Source: an uncultured Gammaproteobacteria bacterium | GTDB taxonomy: Bacteria > Patescibacteriota > Microgenomatia > UBA8517 | DNA length: 64,000 nucleotides | Direction of reading: 5' to 3' | NCBI GenBank assembly: GCA_964599625.1 | Contig: CAZRGC010000003.1 | Location: forward strand, 97,759 to 161,758 | Shown: positions 57,254 to 64,000 of the stretch, piece after piece | How positions within the stretch are numbered: position 1 is the stretch's first letter | Layout: every line of letters begins with the position of its first letter | Made by a program: the position numbers and the translations under genes | The notes under the pieces: generated by a model | What the model saw: only the letters and a program-made list of their open reading frames with translations | What the model was told of the DNA's origin: nothing | Database searches by the model: none

Positions 57254-57754
57254 GAATGGTGGGTTTAGTTTATAAAGGTCGGCAAGGGTTTTTTTGACGC
57301 TTTCAAAACCGATATTTTTAAGATTTGGAATATCTTTGATATCCACCCAAACCAGTTCTGATACGTCGTCACTTGCTTCTATCTCTCCACCCGTAATCTC
57401 CACAATAAACTGAAATACTAATATTGGTTTGTCCGCATCACCATATGTGTCGGGATAATTCCCGAGAAGTCTGATTACTTTAACATCAAGCCCTGTTTCT
57501 TCTTTTGTTTCCCGAATAGCAGCCTCTTCAGCTGACTCTCCCGGGTTTATAAATCCTCCAATCACATCATATGTTCCTTTGAATGGTTCGTTTTTTCTTA
57601 TTGCCAGAAGTACTTTATTGTTTTTTATGGGAATTGCTGAGGCGCCGGGTACAGGGTCTTGGTAAATACTAAACCCGCAGTCCAAACAAATGATTTTGGT
57701 TTCTTTGAGGTCCAGTTTCCGACTTCCGCAAACAGGGCAAAATATATATTTCAT
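57233..57754 (-). CDS. NUDIX hydrolase with N-terminal zinc ribbon (NudC-like)
   Basis: The zinc ribbon is CPVCG…CLDCG and the Nudix box is GGFINPGESAEEAAIRETKEETGLDV. The start is taken at MKYIF (57754), where ATGA overlaps the upstream gene's stop. The longer ORF running to 57874 is rejected. Confidence 0.75.
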   Translation of the reverse strand: MKYIFCPVCGSRKLDLKETKIICLDCGFSIYQDPVPGASAIPIKNNKVLLAIRKNEPFKGTYDVIGGFINPGESAEEAAIRETKEETGLDVKVIRLLGNYPDTYGDADKPILVFQFIVEITGGEIEASDDVSELVWVDIKDIPNLKNIGFESVKKTLADLYKLNPPFGRGAEN

Positions 57755-58311
57755 TTTTCTACCTTCGAATTTTCGAACATTGTCTTTAGTGTCTTCCAAT
57801 TCTCTGGTAACGGTGTGCCATTTTGTGATAATTCCAAAGCAAAAAGAATTATTTTTTCGTCTCCATCTTGCCAATCCTCAATTCTTCTGTCGGGATAATA
57901 ATAACCATTCGGTGGTATTTGGATGTCTTTGTTTACCTTGTAATCAGTAAAATACTGAGGTATTTTGTCGGGAAACATGTGTGCAATTCCCGAAAAGGCG
58001 TCCATAACAGAAGCGGCATATTTTGAACCGTTTTCGGAAACATCAGGGCCGTCTTCCACATGTCTTTGTAAATTTTTTATATGCATGTGCAACACTTTTG
58101 TTTCAAATACTTTCTTTTTTCCATCCTTGGTTACCGGCAGATAAACCTGACTTCCACCTTGGTCCAAGATGTAATCATGTGACACTTTGTCCAATACACT
58201 TCTGGCTTTTTCCCTGAAGTCGTTGCCAAGACGTTCTGTTAAGTGCAAATTATTTTCGGCAAGTTTTCCTGTGTGTTGTCTCAATTCTATTTTGTCGTTT
58301 GTTGAGTCCAT
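57751..58311 (-). CDS. hypothetical protein, cotranscribed with NudC-like gene
   Basis: A 186-aa ORF with a 4-nt overlap onto the downstream NUDIX start. Confidence 0.45.
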   Translation of the reverse strand: MDSTNDKIELRQHTGKLAENNLHLTERLGNDFREKARSVLDKVSHDYILDQGGSQVYLPVTKDGKKKVFETKVLHMHIKNLQRHVEDGPDVSENGSKYAASVMDAFSGIAHMFPDKIPQYFTDYKVNKDIQIPPNGYYYPDRRIEDWQDGDEKIILFALELSQNGTPLPENWKTLKTMFENSKVEK

Positions 58312-58366
58312 GGAGATAGTCTAACATTTTAATTGCTTTTTTATCTGCTAAGGAGTAAAAAAAGCT

Positions 58367-58981
58367 ATGCCCAAGAAAGAAACACATTCTTTGATTGAGT
58401 ACTTGGCAATACGCGAAGAAGAACGAATGAAAGCTGTTCGCGAGGGAACACCCGGAGTGCAAAAACGGCTTAAAGAAATGATTCTTCACAGATGGGGGGA
58501 GATTTTGGCAATAAAACAAACAGAAATCCCGCCCGAAATCCATGAAATGGTTGGGTACAAAATGCCGAAAACCGCGGCAACAGTTCTTTGGATGTCGCCT
58601 TCCCCAAACGATTTTGATGTTTTTGGTAAAACCGACATTGATTCAGTGAGTCTTTTTACACAACTTGCCCAAAACACACTTTGGGAAGCCAATAAAAAAA
58701 GTGACGTTTTGAATTATTTCCAAAAACTTGCCGATAATTTGTCGGATTTGAAACACAAATTTAAAATTCCCACCGAGATCAGATATTTTTCACCGCGTCT
58801 AAATGAAAGTGTTTTGCAAACATTATGGAGGCTTCCTTCACCTTGGCTTTGGGGATTTGATGACCGCGATGAGGTTGTTGACTTGCGAAGGTCGCCAATG
58901 GGTATGTGGAAAGACAACGACAGACAACAAGTTATAAATTATATGAGAGTTGTTGCTGACAACATTGAGTATATTCATTAA
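58367..58981 (+). CDS. hypothetical protein
   Basis: A 204-aa ORF with no recognisable motif. Confidence 0.4.
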   Translation: MPKKETHSLIEYLAIREEERMKAVREGTPGVQKRLKEMILHRWGEILAIKQTEIPPEIHEMVGYKMPKTAATVLWMSPSPNDFDVFGKTDIDSVSLFTQLAQNTLWEANKKSDVLNYFQKLADNLSDLKHKFKIPTEIRYFSPRLNESVLQTLWRLPSPWLWGFDDRDEVVDLRRSPMGMWKDNDRQQVINYMRVVADNIEYIH

Positions 58982-59042
58982 TTCTACCTTCATCCTGTAA
59001 TTGCTTCTTGTAATTTGTTTTTACAAATAGTAAAAAGTACCA

Positions 59043-60131
59043 ATGGCAAACAAGAAAAAACCCGAAACAGACGCACCGGTCAAACAAGAAGGTGCATCCG
59101 CAAAGCTTCAGGCAATCAAACTTGCCATGGATCAGATTGAGAAACAATACGGAAGGGGTTCCATTATGCGACTTGGAGAAAGAACTCCGGAGCAAATGAA
59201 AATAGAAGTAATCTCAACAGGGGCAGTTGCCTTGGACTTGGCACTTGGAGTGGGTGGATTTCCCAGGGGAAGGATAATTGAAATCTATGGACCAGAAGCT
59301 TCCGGAAAAACTACACTGGCATTATCAGTAATTGCAGAAGCTCAGAAAAAAGGCGGGCAGTGTGCTTTTGTAGATGCAGAACATGCTCTAGACCCAGTAC
59401 GGGCCGAAACAATAGGAGTTGATTTGGACAATCTTCTTATGAGCCAGCCTGATACAGGCGAGCAGGCTTTAGAAATTACAGAAACTTTAATCAGGTCGGG
59501 TGCGCTGGACGTTGTCGTTGTTGACTCGGTCGCCGCTCTTGTGCCGCGGGCAGAGTTGGAGGGTGAAATGGGTGACTCTGTCATGGGTATGCAGGCACGC
59601 CTTATGTCCCAAGCATTAAGAAAGCTCACAGGCGCAATTTCCAAGTCTAAAACTGTTCTTATATTTACAAACCAACTCAGACAAAAAATCGGTGTCATGT
59701 TTGGAAATCCGGAGACAACACCCGGCGGACTTGCGCTTAAGTTTTATGCATCCGTAAGAATTGACACCAGAAGGATAGAAGTCCTGAAAGATGGTGAACG
59801 TGTAATTGGTTCACGCCACAGGGCCAGAATAGTCAAAAACAAAGTTGCGCCCCCTCTTCGAGTAGCTGAATTCGACATAATGGAGTCAGAAGGAATATCC
59901 AAGTCCGGCGGACTTTTGGATGTGGGACTTGAGCTTGGTATAGTTGGAAAAAACGGTTCATTCTTTAATTACGACGGTAAACCCATAGCCCAAGGAAAAG
60001 AGGCTGCCAAAATGTATCTTTCCGACAATCCCAAAGTTGCAGACGAGATAGAAAAGAAAATCCGCGATATGGCAACCTCCGGAAAAAAGCTTCCCAAGGA
60101 AATAGGCGAAGAAGATTCAGAGGAAGAGTAG
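59043..60131 (+). CDS. recA: recombinase RecA
   Basis: Walker [11 protein letters not shown]1/L2 loops, and an acidic C-terminus. Confidence 0.97.
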   Translation: MANKKKPETDAPVKQEGASAKLQAIKLAMDQIEKQYGRGSIMRLGERTPEQMKIEVISTGAVALDLALGVGGFPRGRIIEIYGPEASGKTTLALSVIAEAQKKGGQCAFVDAEHALDPVRAETIGVDLDNLLMSQPDTGEQALEITETLIRSGALDVVVVDSVAALVPRAELEGEMGDSVMGMQARLMSQALRKLTGAISKSKTVLIFTNQLRQKIGVMFGNPETTPGGLALKFYASVRIDTRRIEVLKDGERVIGSRHRARIVKNKVAPPLRVAEFDIMESEGISKSGGLLDVGLELGIVGKNGSFFNYDGKPIAQGKEAAKMYLSDNPKVADEIEKKIRDMATSGKKLPKEIGEEDSEEE

Positions 60132-60140
60132 AATAAGATT

Positions 60141-60746
60141 GTGCCGACAGTCACTTCATTAAAAAGCCAGAAAAAAGACGGAAGAGTTAATGTTTTTATA
60201 GATGGCAAATTTGGATTCGGAATAGACCTGGACAATTTAGTTCTCCAAAAAATAAAAATCGGAAAAGAGTTTACCGACGAAGAATTGGCAGAGGTGGTTA
60301 AAAAAGCAGAGTTTCAAAAGACTTTGGACAAACTCTTGGCATATGCAACACTCAGACCCAGGTCAGAAAAGGAAGTGTCCAACTACTTCAAAAGAAAAAA
60401 GATTCATGATAGTTTATGGAACACCCTTACCGACAAACTTCGGCATTTTGAACTTTTGGACGATCTTAAATTTGCCCGTTGGTGGGTGGACCAAAGGCAA
60501 TCTTTCAAGCCCAAGCCAAAAAGAATATTGGTTGCGGAACTAAAGACAAAGGGTATAAAAGATGTTTTTATTGAAGAGGTTTTGGGTGAAACAAAATTGG
60601 ATGAGGTGGTTATGGCCAAAAACATTTTGGAAAAAAGATCCTATAAATGGGCCAAATTTGAACCAAGGATAGCACGACAAAAAATGGCGCAATACCTGGG
60701 TGGAAAAGGTTTTTCTTGGGAAACTATTGAGAAAGTTCTTCCTTGA
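60141..60746 (+). CDS. recX: RecA regulator RecX
   Basis: GTG start, 201 aa, three helical repeats (…LRPRSEKEV…LDDLKFARWWV…LKTKGI…). Confidence 0.75.
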   Translation: MPTVTSLKSQKKDGRVNVFIDGKFGFGIDLDNLVLQKIKIGKEFTDEELAEVVKKAEFQKTLDKLLAYATLRPRSEKEVSNYFKRKKIHDSLWNTLTDKLRHFELLDDLKFARWWVDQRQSFKPKPKRILVAELKTKGIKDVFIEEVLGETKLDEVVMAKNILEKRSYKWAKFEPRIARQKMAQYLGGKGFSWETIEKVLP

Positions 60747-60862
60747 TTAGAGGTGGTCTAAGATGGTAAAATAGCACAGTCAAAGATTATGGTTAAAAGA
60801 GCACAAAATTCAGCCCCTTTTGCCACAAGGCTTTCTTAAGCCCCTCTTTGCGTTATTAGAAT

Positions 60863-62026
60863 ATGTCTAAACAGGACGAATATATCGAAAAATTGGCCAA
60901 AGTGGCTAAAATGACCTCTGAAGAGGCTAAGCGAGCTCTTCTTGACGAGGTACAAAAGGATCTGGTGGGCGAAATTGCCAAGAAGATTAGAGCCGCGGAA
61001 GAAAAGATTAAAGAAGAGGCCAAATTAAAGGCTCAGGAAATTCTTTTGGACGCCATGAAACAGGGAGCCACCCAATACACCGCTGAGTACACAGTTTCTG
61101 CGGTTACAGTCCCCAACGAAGACGTCAAAGGAAGAATAATAGGTGCGGGTGGAAGGAACATCAGAACTTTTGAAAAAGAAGCAGGTGTGGAAATTGAAAT
61201 TGACGAAACAAACGAAATCAGACTTTCCTCGTTCGACGCAATAAGACGTGAAATTGCCAGGAGATCTTTGGAAATACTTATCAATGATTCAAGAATTCAG
61301 CCTTCCAGAATTGAGGAAGTGATTAGACAAGTGAAAGCAAGTATGGAGGATGTTCTTTTGGAAGAAGGAAAGAAAATCACTCACGAGTGTGGTGTTTACA
61401 ATCTTCCGCTTGAGCTTATGAAGATGATAGGCAGATACAGGTTTAGAACTTCTTACGGGCAGAATTTGGGCATCCACACAATCGAGGAAACCAAAATGGG
61501 AGTTGCTATCGCCGAAGAGATCGGCGCCAATACAGACATTGTAAGACTTGGATGTTTACTCCATGACGTTGGTAAAATTGTCACCGACGAAGAAGGTAAT
61601 CATGTGGAGTTGGGAGTGAATCTTCTTAAAAAGTACGGCATTCCCAAAGAGGTGGTTGCTTGTGTTGCAGAGCATCATGAGGATAGACCTTTTTCTTCAA
61701 ACGAGTCAGTTTGTGTGTGGATAGCAGATGCAGTTTCGGGTTCCCGCCCTGGTGCCAGATATGAACCACACGAAGGTTATGTTAAAAGAATGAGCAAGAT
61801 TGAGGAAATCAGCAAAGGTTTCCCGGGTGTTGACGCAGTATTTGCTTTCCAGGCAGGCCGTGATGTTCGTGTTATTGTTAACCCTGATGAAGTAGATGAT
61901 GACAAACTTACAGTTTTGGCACACGATATTGCCAGAAAATTAGAAAAAGAAGCAGAATATGCAGGTCAGGTTAAAGTATCTGTGATTAGAGAAGTTAGGG
62001 CCACCGAAATTACTTCAGCAAAATAA
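60863..62026 (+). CDS. rny: ribonuclease Y (KH + HD domains), no N-terminal TM anchor
   Basis: A coiled-coil N-terminus, KH domain GRIIGAGGRNIRTFEKEAGVEIEID and HD domain LHDVGK…HHE. It lies downstream of recA as in Firmicutes. Confidence 0.88.
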   Translation: MSKQDEYIEKLAKVAKMTSEEAKRALLDEVQKDLVGEIAKKIRAAEEKIKEEAKLKAQEILLDAMKQGATQYTAEYTVSAVTVPNEDVKGRIIGAGGRNIRTFEKEAGVEIEIDETNEIRLSSFDAIRREIARRSLEILINDSRIQPSRIEEVIRQVKASMEDVLLEEGKKITHECGVYNLPLELMKMIGRYRFRTSYGQNLGIHTIEETKMGVAIAEEIGANTDIVRLGCLLHDVGKIVTDEEGNHVELGVNLLKKYGIPKEVVACVAEHHEDRPFSSNESVCVWIADAVSGSRPGARYEPHEGYVKRMSKIEEISKGFPGVDAVFAFQAGRDVRVIVNPDEVDDDKLTVLAHDIARKLEKEAEYAGQVKVSVIREVRATEITSAK

Positions 62027-62105
62027 TTTTTTAAATTATAAATTTAGTTTCTATCTTTGCCCGAAATCTTGACTTTTTATTCAATGTGTCATATCCTTTT
62101 CGGTA

Positions 62106-62381
62106 ATGACAAAAGGTGAACTTATGGATCAGGTCGCAAGAAAAGCGCACCTCACAAAAAAAGCCGCAGAAGAGGCAGTAGAAGTTTTTTTGGACGAAAT
62201 TGGAAGAGTTTTGGGTAAGGGAGAAAAAGTAGTTTTGTCAGGCTTCGGAACTTTCAGAGTTATCTCCATGAAAGGTAAAACCGTAAAAATTCCCAAAACC
62301 GATAAACTGGTTACAATAAAATCACATAGATCTCCAAGGTTTACTCCTGGTAAAAAACTCAAAAGACAAGTAAGCAGATAA
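62106..62381 (+). CDS. hup: HU/IHF family DNA-binding protein
   Basis: 91 aa with the …GFGTFRV…R.PRF…G… beta-arm. Confidence 0.9.
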   Translation: MTKGELMDQVARKAHLTKKAAEEAVEVFLDEIGRVLGKGEKVVLSGFGTFRVISMKGKTVKIPKTDKLVTIKSHRSPRFTPGKKLKRQVSR

Positions 62382-62444
62382 TTTCCTCGTTATATTTCAA
62401 AGTAGTATACTGGGCCCAGGGGCTAGTTAGCTGTAATAACTATT

Positions 62445-63431
62445 ATGGATAGAGCTGTCATTGTAGATCATCTTGTTAAAAACTTCGAAGTACCCGTAAG
62501 GGGTAAGGGTCTGTCTGGTGCTATTTCTTCATTTTTGTCTCCCAAGGTGAAAACCGTAAACGCTGTCCGCGATATAACCTTTACAATTCAACCGGGTGAG
62601 TTGGTGGGTTTTATCGGCCCAAATGGCGCAGGTAAAACAACCACACTCAAAACACTTTCCGGCCTTTTGTACCCAACTAACGGATTTGTACAAGTCCTTG
62701 AGTTCGACCCTTGGGATAGACGGCCGGAGTTTTTGAAACAAATAGCACTTGTTATGGGTCAGAAAAATCAGATGTGGTGGGATTTGCCTGCAATTGAAAC
62801 TTTTGAACTAAATAGAGCAATTTACGAAATTCCTAAAAAGGAGTACGAAGACTCACTTAAAGAACTTGTCGGTATGTTAGAGGTTGGCAAACTTTTGGAT
62901 ACACCAGTTAGAAAATTATCTTTGGGGCAGAGGATGAGGATGGAGTTGATCGCGGCGTTGATTCATAAACCAAAAATTCTTTTTTTGGATGAACCCACCA
63001 TTGGCTTAGATCTTGTTGCTCAACAAAAAGTTCGTGATTTTATATACGAATACAACCGAAAATACAAAGCAACAATATTGCTCACATCTCACAACATGGA
63101 CGACCTTACAGACTTGGCCAGACGGGTGATTGTAATAGATGAAGGGAAAATGTTATTTGATGGGGTTATCGATGAACTTGTATCAAAATTCGCAAAAGAC
63201 AAAATAATCAAAGTTACCTTTAAAGGCGGCGAAGACATTAAAGAATTGGAAAATATTGGCAAAGTCAAAAAGTTAAATTATCCAACAGCGGTTATTAGTG
63301 TTCCCAGGGATACTGTGCCGGTTGCTGCTTCAGAGCTTTTGCAAAACTATCCTGTGGAAGATCTGACAATTGAGGAGGTTCCCATTGAAGACATAATTAG
63401 AAAAGTCTTTAAAGGAGAACTCAAAAAATGA
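62445..63431 (+). CDS. ABC transporter ATP-binding protein (ABC-2/DrrA-like)
   Basis: Walker A GPNGAGKTT, signature LSLGQRMR, Walker B ILFLDEPTIGLD, H-loop TSHNM. Confidence 0.9.
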   Translation: MDRAVIVDHLVKNFEVPVRGKGLSGAISSFLSPKVKTVNAVRDITFTIQPGELVGFIGPNGAGKTTTLKTLSGLLYPTNGFVQVLEFDPWDRRPEFLKQIALVMGQKNQMWWDLPAIETFELNRAIYEIPKKEYEDSLKELVGMLEVGKLLDTPVRKLSLGQRMRMELIAALIHKPKILFLDEPTIGLDLVAQQKVRDFIYEYNRKYKATILLTSHNMDDLTDLARRVIVIDEGKMLFDGVIDELVSKFAKDKIIKVTFKGGEDIKELENIGKVKKLNYPTAVISVPRDTVPVAASELLQNYPVEDLTIEEVPIEDIIRKVFKGELKK

Positions 63432-64000
63432 ACACTCTGATTTCTGTCTTCAAGATATCGTTTCAACAAGAATTTATTTACAAAGCAAACTTCATTATGT
63501 GGAGAGTCAGAAATATATTTCAGATAATTGTTAATTTCTTTTTATGGACAACTATTTTTGCCGCAAAAGACAGTCAATTTTTTGGTTATGACAAAACAAT
63601 GATACTAACATATGTTTTTATGCTCATGGTGGTAAGGTCAATAGTTTTGTCCGGTCGTGCAAGCGATGTTTCAACAGATGTATCCGAAGGTAACATTTCG
63701 AACTACCTTCTCAAGCCAATAAGCTATTTTAAATATTGGTTTGTAAGAGACATTGCCGGAAAATCGTTGAATCTTTTTTTTGCTTTTTTGGAATTTGGTG
63801 CTTTGTATATTATTTTGCAGCCGGAAATTTTTATCCAAAGTAATCCCTTGTACTTACTCCTTTTTGCTCTGTCATTGGCTATCGCAATACTTATTTATTT
63901 CAATGTTGTTTTCTTAATTTCTGCAGTTCCTTTTTGGGCTCCTGAACTCGGATGGGCATCACAATTTTTGGTGGCTGTGGTTGTTGTTGAGTTTTTGTCC
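63428..64000 (+). CDS. ABC-2 type transporter permease (5' portion, runs off window end)
   Basis: An ATGA overlap with the ATPase gene. Multiple TM helices in an open frame continue to the end of the window. Confidence 0.7.
   Translation, partial: MNTLISVFKISFQQEFIYKANFIMWRVRNIFQIIVNFFLWTTIFAAKDSQFFGYDKTMILTYVFMLMVVRSIVLSGRASDVSTDVSEGNISNYLLKPISYFKYWFVRDIAGKSLNLFFAFLEFGALYIILQPEIFIQSNPLYLLLFALSLAIAILIYFNVVFLISAVPFWAPELGWASQFLVAVVVVEFLS

Noticed and set aside
57754-57874. N-terminal 40-aa extension of the NUDIX ORF (MARWRRKNN…)
   Set aside because: The internal start MKYIF at 57754 gives an ATGA overlap with the upstream gene and begins at the zinc ribbon. The extension would overlap the upstream CDS by 120 nt.
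1-64000. Prophage or mobile-element call for the three insertions
   Set aside because: No integrase, transposase, terminal inverted repeats or direct-repeat att sites could be found. The islands are therefore reported as insertions of unknown mechanism and not as mobile_element features.

Overview
The window is a low-GC bacterial chromosome segment with standard code 11 (TAA/TAG/TGA stops, ATGA overlaps). Nearly all genes are on the + strand. They form one housekeeping array: infB(3' end)-rpsO-pnp, a Lon-like AAA+ gene, RNase J, ftsK, rodZ-like, alaS, sortase, ruvX, mltG, rpoB-rpoC, rpsL-rpsG-fusA-tuf, and the S10/spc/alpha ribosomal superoperon from rpsJ to rpsI including secY-adk-map-infA-rpmJ-rpoA. 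Downstream are a tRNA-Pro, recA-recX-rny, hup and an ABC transporter. No gene for L30 is present, several ribosomal proteins carry Zn ribbons (L24, S14, L36), and the RNA-decay enzymes are RNase J, RNase Y and PNPase. Together these are typical of Patescibacteria/CPR-like genomes; this is an inference, not a search result. The conserved operons are interrupted by several insertions of non-ribosomal genes that look GC-richer by eye. A 259-aa ORF sits between rpsG and fusA. A membrane protein with its own strong promoter sits between fusA and tuf. A ~3.2 kb island of four unknown ORFs sits between rpsJ and rplC, and each ORF is preceded by a copy of the same ~90-nt hairpin/T-run/promoter cassette. 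A six-gene island sits between rplO and secY: a TIR-like protein, a cupin, a NUDIX hydrolase, an APH-like kinase, a membrane protein and a GNAT. Other unusual features are a PNPase with a C-terminal RGG/glycine-arginine tail containing a perfect 54-nt tandem duplication, a Lon homolog with the AAA+ module but no protease or N-domain, a 742-aa actin-like/TM/extracellular protein next to a sortase, and a tRNA-Pro(GGG) preceded by two decayed copies of its own 5' half. No integrase, transposase, CRISPR array or rRNA was seen.
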